A stretch of DNA of 63,147 nucleotides, filler included, from Octopus bimaculoides (Eukaryota), in the NCBI RefSeq assembly GCF_001194135.2. It is 10 parts of 9 records of this genome, joined end to end, with 100 filler letters (N's around TTAATTAATTAA, not from the genome) between each part and the next. Parts side by side here need not be neighbours in the genome. Positions count along the whole stretch, not along the records: positions 1 to 16,561 come from NC_068993.1; 9 more parts are not named here. One strand, written 5' to 3'. Made by a program: the position numbers and the translations under genes. Under the pieces are notes generated by a model that was given only the letters and a program-made list of their open reading frames with translations, had not been told where the DNA came from and did no database searches. Position 1 is the stretch's first letter. The number at the start of each line of letters is the position of its first letter. This document shows positions 1-12,560 of this stretch, one piece after another.

Positions 1-2674
1 CTTCAGGAACTAAATGAAGAGAATTTTGTGCAGAGGTCAGAGATCAGCAGTGTGAATCTTCACAGTTTAAAAAGGAAAACATTACTTTTATGTGTCATTT
101 AAATTTTCTTTCTTTTTCTTTTTTCTTTTTTTTTTTGTATATGGGTGTTTCCTTTTTGACTTTGCTTTTTTTATCTCTATTTTTTGTGAAAAGTCATTTC
201 ACGCTTTAGTTTGAATTTTCTTTTCAGTTGCTTTATTTTTTTTTTTTATATGGATACTTGAAGAATGTTGAATGTATCAGTGCCACAGACCTCCCCTCTT
301 TTGTTTAATATAGTTATTTGCCCTTGAAGAGAGATGAGTCAATGGCACTCCTGTAGGTGAAACGACAACTAATAAAATCATTAAGAGGGCGATGTACAAA
401 GTAAGTTTGTTCTAAATGGAAGAAAGAGGAGAAAACCCCACAGCAATTGGCCATAGTTTTATAATTTGTTCTGCTTGCAAGCTGGCGCACAATTACTGGG
501 AGCAAGACTGACACTGAACTAACTAATGATACACATAGTCACAGGATGAACTAACTAATGATACAGAGGACTAACAGTAGTAGTACTACTACTAACACCT
601 CGCCATTACTTTATCTGTGTGCTTGTATTTGCTTCGTCTTTCTTTTTGTCATATATTCTCTCACACAGAGACATACATGTGATCCATCAACTTATTACAT
701 GCAGCTCGGAGAGGATCAAATTTCCACCACATGAATATATATGTGTTCTTTTGGAAGTGGTAGTTGTTGTTTGGAAGTGGTAGTTGTTGTACATCTCGGA
801 GACTGTTTTGATCGAGCAGACCTATCATCAAAGGCTTTCCAGCCATGACTATTCCATCTTTCTGTGTGTATAAATATATATATGCCTAGGACAACACTGT
901 CCATGTGATTTCATTCTTTAATACAGCAGAGTGTAATTTGAGAGAGATTCATTGCTATTTCTAGCAGGTCAAGCAACCACATAGAGGAAAGTCTTATATG
1001 CATAAGAAATTCCTGGTCCATAACAGCATTAATATAGATACAAAGGAGACAGACATTGGCAGAGGTAGAATTCTAACAAGACTAATTCTGTATTTTATAT
1101 TTGTTCTGCTCACACAGAGTTCAATAAGTAAATAAGTTCATATATGTCTCATGTACAAACACAAAACATGAAGACTACAAACCTACTCAAACAGACAAAA
1201 CTAAAATACTGGAGTACATGGCCACCAAAGCCACATCCTAGTTTGTAGTATTACATATTTGTCTGATGATTCACAGAAACAAGCGTTTCTTGTGATAAGG
1301 TTAAGATTGTGGAATATTTTAAAGGAATTTGAAAATATAGAAACTGAAACCAACAATTACCTCCCGAAAAAAAAAATTTAATTCTTTTAAAAAAAAAAAC
1401 CCAAATCCTTGATTCAGCAAACTCCACCCTTTAAAAATGTTGATTTGAACATTCACCAAGATTTCTGTTTATTTTCGACAGTTTTCATTTCCCCCAAGAC
1501 AATAAGTAGGTTATTGTTATCATCATCATCTTTTTAGATATGTTGTCACCTAGACGCTCTTCATTATTGCCATTGTTCTCGTTCAGGAAATACCTGTCTG
1601 TGTCTTAAATGTTTGTTTAGTCTGGAGAGGAAAGGGAGAAAGAGAGAGACAAATAACATTTGGACAAATTACCAACAAGTCGAACTAGTTTGTGGACTAT
1701 TTCAGAAAAAAAAAAACTGTCATAGAAACTAAAACATGTTAGTAGTTTCATGAGGAAGAATTGTTCCAGTCAAGTTCATAGTTTCATTTCAATCCCATGA
1801 AAATATTTCCCTTTTTTTTTTTTACATTCAATTTTTTTTTTTTTAATTATTATTATTGTCTTGTTTTGCAAATCTCTTCTGATACAGATAAGTTGCAAGA
1901 TTTGGATCAATATATTCTTTGCAGTGTTTATAACTCAACATTGCTCTCAGTCTAAGAATTATGATCCTTTCACCATTTTTTAATTCTTTTTTTTATCACA
2001 TTACAAAAAAAAAAAAAAAGACATGTTATTAACTGAAGTTAATAAAATAGAAATAAAATAAAATTAAAATAATAATAATAATGATAATAATAATGATAAT
2101 AGTAATAACCCGTGAGGTCAACTTAATTTGATCCAGGTACTAATCTTAGCAATTGCTACTTTTCAGGGTCGGCACACAGGGACACCTAGAAAGAAAAGTA
2201 ACTTGGTGCTAAAATGGCAAGAAATCACTGCAAATATTGGCAGCTAAGGTGTGTATTCCATTGTATGAAGCTACTGGACTATGCCATTTTGGGGTTTGTT
2301 TTCTTTTTTCTTTTACTCATATCAGTCCCAGAATGCAACATCAGTCACATTCATCCGTCTTTAGATCACTGATATGGTAGAGAATTCTTAGATTTGCTAA
2401 CCTTCAATTATTGTTATCATTAACCCTGCAGTTCACCATGTGAATGTAAGTGCTACATATATTGGTCTATTCGTTTAGGGCCATTTTTTTCCATTCTTTT
2501 ATTTCAATTTTTTTACATTCTAGAAGATTCTTCACATACTGATCTCTAAGAGTTCTTTAATGCAACAGTATAGTCTATCTTCTGTTTTATTTAAAGAATT
2601 AACAATGAAGATCCTTTCTGGCATAGCTTCTTGGTTTACATTTTCTTTTTCTTGCATGCTCTACCCAGTTCATA

Positions 2675-3217
2675 TCAGCTGTGGCATTGTTGGCAACTGG
2701 GGGAATAACGATCGAGAACTTCCTTAAAAGAAAGAATGAGATTACTAAGTCCAAATAAATATCCTTGGTCGGGGCCTCGGTGAGTGATCTTGTCTTCACG
2801 GAACCCACGGTGAGTGGAATGTGCAAAATCAATCATGCGTACTTCCACTTCAGGATAGTGATCATGCCACACATGTTGCATTCCATAACTGTGTTCTTCT
2901 GGCGAACTGTTATCCAGTAGAGAAGTGTGATGATGATGGTGATGATGATGGTGATGATGATGACGACTGCTTGGTGTTTCTGTTAAGCCATCATACATGA
3001 CCAGTAACGAGCTGGTATAAAATCGGAATGTATCTCGCTTTTCAACCATTTTATACAGCTGCTTTAGCCGCCAAATAATAGGTTCAATTAAATCAAGACG
3101 TGCCTCAACACCATTGTGTAAGAACTTGTACAGAGTCTCTTTGAAACCTTCAACATTCAAAGAACGGCCATCATACTTGTCTTGGTACACATACTGCCCT
3201 TTATCTACATGGTAAAC
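2675..3217 (-). CDS. IP6K: Inositol hexakisphosphate kinase, last coding exon (VYH...YTSSLLVMYDG...His12...VRMIDFAHST...GYLFGLSNLI, stop TGA)
   Basis: Contains the inositol phosphate kinase SSLL and IDFAH motifs. Acceptor ttttctgtttcttcag|GTTTAC; phase 0 joins ...CGMK|VYH. Confidence 0.95.
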   Translation of the reverse strand, partial: VYHVDKGQYVYQDKYDGRSLNVEGFKETLYKFLHNGVEARLDLIEPIIWRLKQLYKMVEKRDTFRFYTSSLLVMYDGLTETPSSRHHHHHHHHHHHHTSLLDNSSPEEHSYGMQHVWHDHYPEVEVRMIDFAHSTHRGFREDKITHRGPDQGYLFGLSNLILSFKEVLDRYSPSCQQCHS

Positions 3218-3298
3218 CTGAAGAAACAGAAAAGAAGGAAAAGTTTTGATTAGCAAAACCAAAACAATATTTATACTGATTTATAACAAGGAACAGGA

Positions 3299-3357
<59 letters not shown>

Positions 3358-3390
3358 TAATAATAGTAATAATAATAATAATGATAATAA

Positions 3391-4140
3391 ACACTAGCCA
3401 TGAACAAGGTAGCACCAATAATCATAAAATATATAAAACATTTCATGAATAAATGGCAGACAGTGCTACAGATCCAAACAAAAGATGGACTCATAAAACC
3501 AAAGCCATCTCCATTAGAAGAGGAATATCCCAGGGAGACACACTCTCTCCACTCCTTTTCTGCTTGGCACTGACACCCTTATCTCACATGCTAAACAGAA
3601 CTGGATGTGGATACAACTGTTACGGCAAAACAATCAGCCACCTCTTATATATGGATGATCTAAAGTTGTATACTACAAATGATAAACAGCTGAAAACATT
3701 ACTACAGATAGTACATGGTTTTACCAAAGAAATAAACATGAAATTTGGCTTAGAGAAATGTGCCAAAGTAACCTTGAAGAGAGGAATACTAGTTAAGAGT
3801 AGCAACATCACACTAGATAAAGCAAATAAAGAGAATTAGACCAAAGTCAGACATACAAATACTTAGGAATCAATGAACTAGATATGATACAATACACACA
3901 AATGAAAGAGAAGATAAAAAAGGAATGCTATAGATAAGTTAGGTTAATACCAAAAACAGAGTTCAATGTGAAAAACAAGATAATAGGTATCAATACTCTA
4001 GCCATCCCAGTTATAAGTTACAGCTACAATATTCTTAACTGGACTCTAAATGAAATAATGAAAATAGACAGGAAAACAAGAAAATTAATGACAGGATTTA
4101 GGATCCACCACCCAAAATCTGACATAGAAAGGCTATATAT
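3391..4140 (+). mobile_element. R4/Dong-clade-like non-LTR retrotransposon RT remnant (frameshifted)
   Basis: RRGISQGDTLSPLLFCLAL...SHLLYMDDLKLY...KFGLEKC, followed by YKYLGI and KIDRKTRKLM...HHPKSDIERLY. Begins right after a (TAA)n tract. Confidence 0.85.
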
Positions 4141-4429
4141 ATATTCTAATTCTGTTGTGAGTCTAAGACTGGAGAAAGATAAACTCATTCAACATGATTT
4201 TTTTCTTCAATATGATATATTAAGATGTAAAGATGAAGTTTTCAATGGTACCCAAACAATTCTAAGTCCCACCACCCCTACACCTATGTGATTCATCATC
4301 AAGAACGTTACATTGTTATGGAGAAAATATATGAAAGTAATCTTATTTTTTGAACTGTGATTGTGCTGCAGTACTGCCTTGAAAGGTTTAGTCAAACAAA
4401 TCAACACCAGTGCTAATTTTTAAGTCTGG

Positions 4430-4725
4430 TATATATTCTATCAGTTTCTTTTGCCAAACTGCTAAGTTGCAGGGATGCAAACAAACCAACAGCTGTCAAG
4501 TGATACTGAGGACAAACACAAACACACATAGATACACACACACACACACACAAATATATATGACAGGCTTCCTTCAGTTTCCATCCACCAAATCCACTCA
4601 CAAGGCTTTGGTCAACCCAGAGCTATAGCAGAAGACACTTGCCCAAGTGTGCCACACAGTGGGGCTGAACCTGAAACCATGTGGTTGGGAAACAAGCTTC
4701 TTACCGCACAATCATGCTTGCACCT
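4430..4725 (-). mobile_element. tRNA-derived CORE-like SINE
   Basis: The reverse complement carries the CACTTGGGCAAGTGTCTTC core. The same family recurs many times in the window. Confidence 0.7.
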
Positions 4726-4854
4726 ATGTTAGATTTATTCATTAAATCTACTGCAATGTAAATAAGGCATACTTGGATGTCCAAGAACTAAGTAAATATT
4801 AAGTTAAAGAATGGAAAATGGGAAAAAGTAAAAAAAGAATATAAATAATCTCAC

Positions 4855-5030
4855 CTTCATTCCACAGACTCTGACGCCAAGAGAACTTGATGTGCTTTCT
4901 TTACACCGTAAAATCTTTTTCTGTTTCTTCTCTTCAGACTGATCATCTCCATGTTGTCGTGGACCCATCTTAAGATCAAGAACACAAGGGTAATGGAACT
5001 TGGCAGCAACATTCTCCAACAATATAAATT
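4855..5030 (-). CDS. IP6K: IP6K exon with the catalytic PxxxDxKxG motif (KFILLENV...[16 protein letters not shown]...GVRVCGMK)
   Basis: Family signature motif. Acceptor tctctacag|AA, donor AAG|gtgaga; 176 nt, phase 1 to 0. Confidence 0.95.
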
Positions 5031-6116
5031 CTGTAGAGATGTGTTAAGGAACACATTGTGTAATCTTTATGGAGCATATAAAGCCAATTCTTTTACAAAC
5101 TAGAGGAATAGTTGAAATGTTCAAAGGGTCATAATTTTTTGGTGAACGACCGAGAGAGAGTCTTTATGGATAAAAACATTCAATTTACAGCAAAGTAGAT
5201 AAATATTCAATTTTATAATTTTATTACTTTATCACAAAAAATCTTGGACATTATGTCAGTTGCTGCTGATTAGCACCCACATGTCAGTCCTGATCATCAA
5301 AGTGTTCCAACTATGACCATCCAGTCTATTTGTATAACCAAGACTACATTATTCAATGTGTCCTTCAGACATTATAGGTTCATTTGAAGATGTGGCTGCT
5401 GTTTCTAGCAAATCAAAAGACCATAAAACAGCTGCCTCATTTTCTTTCAATCGAACTGAATACTACTACCTCGTTAACGGTGTTTATTTAATATTACACA
5501 GACATATGCACCTTTCTAGTAATTCTTCAGCAGGGTCAACATGACACAACATGTAGCAAGACTGGTCCTTTATTGAACTACAGGCACAATCCACTTGACA
5601 TGCTTATCTATCATTTCTGTTTACTTTAAACTTCACTGACAGATTTGGGTTGATCCAAGACTATGATAAAAGACAACTTGCTTGAAATACTGCATGGTAG
5701 GATTGAACTTGGACACTGTGGTTGTGAAGTCAACTTCTTAACCACAGCCATACCCAGACATACATACACATGTGTATGTATGTATGTATGTATGTATGTG
5801 TGTATATATATAAATATATATACACACACACACATACAGTATAAATTATATTTAACAGTGGAACTCAAAGCCATAAATAATAGTGTGTAGAATATTGGGT
5901 TAAAAAAAATCCCTTGGATGGGAAAAAAAGATGTGGGTTTGAGTCCCATGGGTAGCCTTCAACTTTTCTCCATCCCACCAATTTTTTAATTCGATATTCT
6001 ACATGGTATAATTTACAGCTTTATCTACTTCGAGTTCCCTTGTTAAATGTAATTTATTATATATATATGTATATAAAGATGTGTTAATGAAACCATTATT
6101 ATAAGGGTGGAACATT

Positions 6117-6660
6117 CATCATCATCGTTTAACATTCGTTTTCCATGCTGGCATGGGTTGGACGGTTCGACTGGGGTCTGGGAAGCCAGGAGGCTGCACC
6201 AGGCCCCAATCTGATTTGGCAGTGTTTCTACAGCTAGATGCCCTTTCTAACGCCAACCACTCCGAGAGTGTAGTGGGTGCTTTTTACGTGCCACTGGCAC
6301 AGGGGCCAGAGGAGCTTGGATTGACCACAATCGAATAGTGCTTTTTACGTGCCACAGGCACAGAAGCCAGTCAAAGCGGCACTGGCATCAGCCACGTTCG
6401 GATGGTGCTTTTTATGTGCTACCAGCATGAGGATCACAACTACAATTTCCATTTGATTTGATTTTGATGTTAATGTACTTGACTCAATAGGTCTCCTCAA
6501 GCATGGCATGTCACCCTATGATCCAAAGTACTTTTGAGTGGGCTGGTTATGAGACACTGGTGTAGGCTACAGCTGTGAACTCACTTTATTTGCCGGGTGT
6601 TCTCAGTCACAGCATACCTCCAGAGGTCTCGGTCTTTTGTCATTGCCTCTGTGAGGCCTG
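6117..6660 (-). mobile_element. SINE/LINE-tail repeat with an RTE-like 3' end and (GAT)n tail
   Basis: catcatcatcgtttaac...catgctggcatggg...ctggatgccc..cctaacgccaaccactc is shared with 47997-48327 and 61873-63147. Confidence 0.7.
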
Positions 6661-6745
6661 TCATTGCCTCTACAGAAATAAAAGACAACACAGAATAAAA
6701 GTGCTGTAAATAATAGTTAAGATATATAACAGAACAAAAGGATAC

Positions 6746-6999
6746 TATAACAGTCTGAGTGTCCAGATTTCAATAATTTTGACAACTGCATTTTTGGACA
6801 CCGTATACTCCATGAAGGATGGAAGTTGTCCTGTCGATGAACATCAAATACATCTTCTTCTTCCTCTTCGTCATCGTCATCGTGCTCATCCTCATCATCA
6901 TCATCATCATCATCATCGGTATGTACTATCTTCTTATCCGCCCGGGAAGAATTTCGTCGTGCAGCCATATCTAAACTGGAGCTTCGCAACAGATGAATG
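6746..6999 (-). CDS. IP6K: IP6K exon with an acidic tract and a WSIRC...QL segment
   Basis: Acceptor ttttatcttcag|C, donor TATA|gtatcc; 254 nt keeps frame and gives DCYK|FILLEN. Matches the IP6K NPWSLRCH...YKFLLLEN region. Confidence 0.88.
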
Positions 7000-7020
7000 C
7001 TGAAGATAAAAGATTAGGAA

Positions 7021-7150
7021 AATTATATATACATACATAAATACCTAAATACATGATATATATGTGACTAAATACCAAAATACAAAATTATACATACATA
7101 CATAAATACCTAATTACATTATATATATGAGACTAAATACCAAAATACAT
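7021..7150. repeat. Two-copy tandem duplication, unit about 63 bp
   Basis: aaattata(c/t)atacatacataaatacctaa..acat.atatatatg.gactaaataccaaaatac occurs twice in a row. Confidence 0.8.
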
Positions 7151-7319
7151 TTAAGTTACACAATCTGTAATTCTTGCTACCCTTTGACCAAGTACTTAAC
7201 CCTTTTTGATACCACCCTTGGTCTGCTGAAACCAATTCCCTGTTTTAAAGTGATCTAAATTAGAAAAACTTCCAACAAAATTCTATGTTTATTTCTACTC
7301 CAAACATCAAATTAATAAC

Positions 7320-7520
7320 AGTTTCAAATTTTGGCACAAGGCCAGCAATTTCGGGGAGGGAGTAAGTCAATGAAATTGACCCCAATGTACCACTGGTACT
7401 GACCTCAGAAGGCTGAAAGACAAAGTCAACCTCAGTAGCATTTGAACTCAGATCGTAAAGAAAGACGAAACATTGCTAAGCATTTTGCCCAGCATGCTAA
7501 CAATTCTGCCAGCTTACTGC
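7320..7520 (-). mobile_element. tRNA-derived SINE of the same family as 59456-59687, degraded
   Basis: Reverse complement of ggcagaaacgttagca...gagttcaaat...gactttgcctttcatcc. Confidence 0.65.
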
Positions 7521-9470
7521 CTTCACATTGGATTATTAATGACAATCTTATTTTACCAAATTCTTAATTATCTTTGAAATTAATGAAAATGAATATTTCT
7601 GCAGAACTATAAAATTCTATGAAATTATCATGGGGAAGAAAGCTTTCAGGCATAATTCCAAAGGTTTCAATAAAGTAAATCAGGTTACTGCATTCCTAGA
7701 AAGAATTTCGTTTAAATAGGCCTTGTACTTTAACGAGTTTATATTGTAAAGTACAATGTTTATATTGTATAATGAGTTAATGAGTTTAAATTGTAAAGTA
7801 CAATGTACCAAAAGAAATTAAGGTAACAATGTTTTTTTTTGTTTTGTTTTTTTGTGCTCTATTTATCTTTTTATAGTAGTAGTAGGAGTATGATGGTAGT
7901 GGTGGTGATGGTGGTAATGTTGGTGATGACGACAAGGAGGAGGAATAACAAGCTTATTTTAAGATACTGGATGTACTTGAAAGGCTAGATTCATCTTGTA
8001 CAGGTAGTGGCACCTGTAGGAAAATACAAATAGGCAGAGAATTTCAGGGGAAGGAGAAAGGCCCCAGGGGGAGTAAACATCAGCTAGGCTAAGGGCATCT
8101 CTCTTTGAGCTGCATCTAAAAGAGACTTTGCTTTTAATGCAGATATGACTGTGTAGATAGGTACCAGCATAACTGTATGGTCAAGTTATTCACTTCTCAA
8201 CTACATAGTTTGGGGTTCGGCTCCACTGTGCAACACCTTAGTCAAGTATCTTCTACTATAGCTCCAGGCTAACAAAAGCCTTGTGAGTGGATTTGGTAGA
8301 TAGAAACTGAAACAAGCTAGACTACCAGCTATGGACTATCAGCCCTTTAACTGGTAGTCAAGTACCCTACTAACTCAGCCAACTATACACCCTGAGTATG
8401 CTGGCTATTTATAAAACCCACTTTACAAGAATTTGGCTGACAAAGAAAAGATGCAGTTATTCTCAAAATAACTGAAATTTACTATAACTACCTCATTCTG
8501 AATTACAGGGGTTAATCTTTATGAAATAAATTTGCCTGAGACCACTCCAGGTTTTATAATACAAACTTCTTGTTTTAAAACCTTACACAAAATGCTATTT
8601 TAAATTTATGTTCTAAACACCAGTTTATAATGACAAAGTTATTTTACTGTTTTCTTCATCATTTTCATAATTCATTGAAACAAAGAACACAGTATTTCAA
8701 TAGGAACATGGTAACAAAAGGATTTCTGGTATATTTCATGTAGACTACAATGAGCTGTGAGATGGATTATCAGAAGTTTCACTTCCATTTTTCATTGACA
8801 CATCAATGCTTGTATTCTTATTCCCCCTCAAAGCTAATATCTTCTGATATTCATATTTACATTTATTTCAGTTCTTCTGATTAAAGCTGTGCTGTGAATA
8901 AACTATATATTGTTTAATTAATGATACACTATCAAAAGCACCAATATTCTCATTAAGCCACCCCTCACCACATCTTTCCAGTAAATCTGTAACAAATACA
9001 AAATTAAAATGCACCAGGATAAATTTTTTGAATTTTAAAATTATTTTCTAAGCTTCAAACAATCACCATCACCATTGTTTTAACATCTATTCTTTTTATG
9101 CTTGCATGGAATTTGTTGAGGCAGATTTTCTACAGCCAGATGTCTTTCCTGTCACCAATCCCTACTTGTTTCCAAGCAAGGTAATACTTCCCTATGGTTA
9201 ACCATGTTTTCATGGATGACTGTGATATTATAAAACACTACAGACATGTAAAGTCATGAGTCACCCCTCAAATAAATTATATGAGCTAATTAGCCTTTAG
9301 CACACTGTAGGTGCATCATGTTACTGCATGAGTTTTTTCCCTTGTAGTAACAGGGCAGTGGTAGGGGAAACAATTCTAGAGAAACGTCAAATTTAAAACT
9401 TGATAACAGTAGCATAGATCAATAAATCTTTAACTGTTTCACTATAAAAATGGAATCAATGGACACTTAC

Positions 9471-9687
9471 CTGAAAGAACCATTTCTGTCTGACTGTTTT
9501 TGTTGTTGCTGTCGGATGAGGCTTTGTTTGGATTCTGTCTCGGGATCAGATGGTACCACAGGCGAGCACGGTAAAGTCGAAGAACGATGATGAACAGGCG
9601 AGTGTTTCTGAGTCAGGGATTTGGGTGGAATACCTACTAAGGTCACATGAGTATCGTTATCTTCAATTATTTGTACTTGCATAACAC
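9471..9687 (-). CDS. IP6K: IP6K exon beginning (G)VMQVQIIED
   Basis: Acceptor tatttcaacag|GT, donor CAG|gtaagt; 217 nt, phase 1 to 2, in frame with the next exon. The position matches the intron after the YKG motif of IP6Ks. Confidence 0.85.
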
Positions 9688-11111
9688 CTGTTGAAATAAC
9701 AATGGAAGAAATATGTTAAAATATTCTTAAAAACATTTGAATTATCAATGTAATCAAAAAGTATAAAAGAAAATTCAATGAGAAACAGAAAAAAAATGTT
9801 TCTAGATTTAGTTAACCCCAGAGTATTTTTAGAAAACTATTTTGAAGAAACCAACAAACTGTTCTCAAAATATATCATTGAGGTCATGAAAGTGAATGTC
9901 TCTTTTAGCCATTCCATTACATCAAAAATGGGGAACAGAAAGGTTATCTCTAATATCAATGTTATTGGAACCCAAAAGAGAGTTCTTCACAATATATTCT
10001 CAGACTTATATAAGAAAAAGCAAAACTAAAAAGATGAAAGAAAAGCCATAGAAAGATATAAAGGCAAGGATATCAAAAAAACGGAAATAGAGGTGAAGGT
10101 TACAAAGCAGGGGTGTTTGTGCTGAAATAAGAGATTCTCTGAGATAACACCCATTCAAAGACACATTTAGATTTTCAACAGATTTATTTTTAGCTGTTCT
10201 CAATCAACATCTTGTAAACTCTAAGCAAATACCCAAACCAGTGAACTAATGGTGAACCTCATTCCAAGATAACAAGTTGTAGGAATGTCTGGTTCCAGAA
10301 TGGTTTATTAACACACACCCCCGAAGAACTATTTATTGCTACCGTTCTTTTCAATGGCTGCCCAAATACCTTTGAAACCTACTGTAGACTACATTTTAAG
10401 AGGAAAAACAATCTTTTCCTGAAATAAACAAAATTACCTACTTCCAATAACATATGGTGAGTTTACTTAACAGCAAGTTCAAACGCTGTTAATTCATAGA
10501 GCGGGGAAAGTAATGGGGTGGGCTACCAAGATATTAAGTATATGGCTGGCTGACTGGTTGGTTACGTGGTTGGTTGGCTGATTAAGCATTTTCCAAGAAA
10601 TGTTACCTACTAGGTATTCTAAGTAATTCTTTAAAAACTTGGAGACATTCCAGATGTCAAATATAGTGAAGAGATGATGAAATAGGTAGAATGTTGAAAC
10701 TAATGATACAGAATGTAGGTTATTTGGTAAAACACCTTTAAGCAGGAAGTCAGTTTAGAATAGATATTTGTGAATTCAGAAGACAAAGTAAAGAGAATTT
10801 CTCATCGTCATCATTACTACCATAATCATTTTAACATCTACTTTTCCATGCTTGCATGGGTTAGTTTATATTTCATTGAAGCAGAATTTTCTGCAGTCAG
10901 ATGCTCTTCTTGGTAACAAATCTCACTTGTTTCCAAGCAATATAATAACCCCCCCCCCCAGTCTACTGAACAATGTACAGTCTAGACAGGGTTTCACAGA
11001 AAACTGCAAACAAACAGCACTGTTTATATAAGCAGTGTGGCTTTGTTTACAATCATCACAGACATATCAAGACTAATACACACCCAACTATACACATACA
11101 CACTCGTTTTA

Positions 11112-11139
<28 letters not shown>

Positions 11140-11150
<11 letters not shown>

Positions 11151-11375
11151 CGAATTTACGGAAAACAAAAGACAAAGACAGGTGAAGGAACAACAAGCAG
11201 GTGTATTAGTTTAATGCTCAGGAAGAATAGAAAAGTCTTTGATGTTTCAAGCCTATACTCTTTGACAGAAAGGATTGACAGGAAAACAAAAAACAGAGAG
11301 AGAATTTCAAAAAAATACGGAGAAAGAAGAAAATGTATAGGGATTAATGGTTCAACATAATGAAATGGATGGAAG
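11140..11375 (-). repeat. Short interspersed repeat carrying a hammerhead-like motif (family 2)
   Basis: Aligns by eye to 28540-28763 in the opposite orientation. Confidence 0.7.
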
Positions 11376-12339
11376 ACAGAGGCTATATAAAGATTTCACT
11401 TCGGTATAGCAATTTTGAAGTATATGTATATAGAACTCAATATACCTATACTTCAAAATAAAGCATTAATTGATAACAGAGCATAATATGAAATTGAATA
11501 AATAACAAAGGAAGAGGAATTATGTAATCAACAGTTGTTTTTGCTATAAGATGTAGTGCATCCAGAGCTGAGTGTTTGTGCATCACCTTATAGCAAGATT
11601 ATTTAGAAAACATTTACTTAAGTTGTATGTAAATGTAATCAACCTCAACGGAATTTGAACTCAGAACATGAAGAGACATCAGTAAATACTACAACTATCT
11701 TATCCAGTAATTTATCAATGTACCATCCACTATGACTTAATAATTTTTTCTACTAAAGGCTCAAGGCCTGAAATTTTTGGGGGAAAAGGGGCCAGTTGAC
11801 AATGCTGACTCCTAATGTTTTGACTGGTATTTACTTTATTGACCCTGAAAGGATAAAAAGCAAAGCTAACCTCAGCGAAATTTGAAATCTGACCCATGGC
11901 TTAATATAATACAATCAGATTTAACACCCAAAATTTATGCAATTAAACATCAATACACCCAATACAAAAATTTTGTGTGTGTGTGTGTGTTTATCAAGAC
12001 CAGATGATATGCACTAGGCAAACTAATTGATCACCTTCAACACTAAAATCTGGAGACATCACATAAATCCCTAAAGCCCGAACCAAATTTCTTCATCAAA
12101 AATTACAAAAACTTGGTGATAAAAAACCTAAGTTAGAATAGCTGGGTCTATAATCTAGAGAGAGTCTTCATTTAGAAACTTTAAGCTATAATTTGATGGC
12201 ATCCATTTGGTATATGTAAATAGTAGGACAGACTTGAGAAGACTGAGTGTGTTATCTGATATGGTCTACTTGATATAGCAGATTGCAGAATTAAAAAGAG
12301 TTTAATTAGAAGAATAAGCTAATGATTCTCAAATTGGTA

Positions 12340-12560
12340 ATAACAGTTTCAAATTCTGACACAAAACCAGCAAGTTCAGGGCAAGGGGTCATCAATTACA
12401 TCAACCCCAGTGCATAATTGGTACTTATTTTATCGACCCCAAAAGGATGAAAGGCAAATCTGACCTCGAGAGAATTTGAACTCAGAATGTAAAGACAGAC
12501 AAAATGTCACTAAGCATTTTGCCTGGCATGGTGATGATTCTGGCAGCTTACTGCTTTTCT
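12340..12560 (-). mobile_element. tRNA-derived SINE (family of 59456-59687)
   Basis: tcgaccccaaaaggatgaaaggcaaa...gaatttgaactcagaatgtaaag is the reverse complement of the family consensus. Confidence 0.7.

Noticed and set aside
1-102. Open frame ending ...LLLCVI* at the window start, possible last exon of a plus-strand gene
   Set aside because: Short and truncated by the window edge; not a true CaaX box and no homology recognised.
3201-3494. Poly-Tyr / poly-Ile ORFs, and similar YI, CV, HT, ER and MYVC repeat ORFs throughout
   Set aside because: Translations of microsatellites with no coding evidence.
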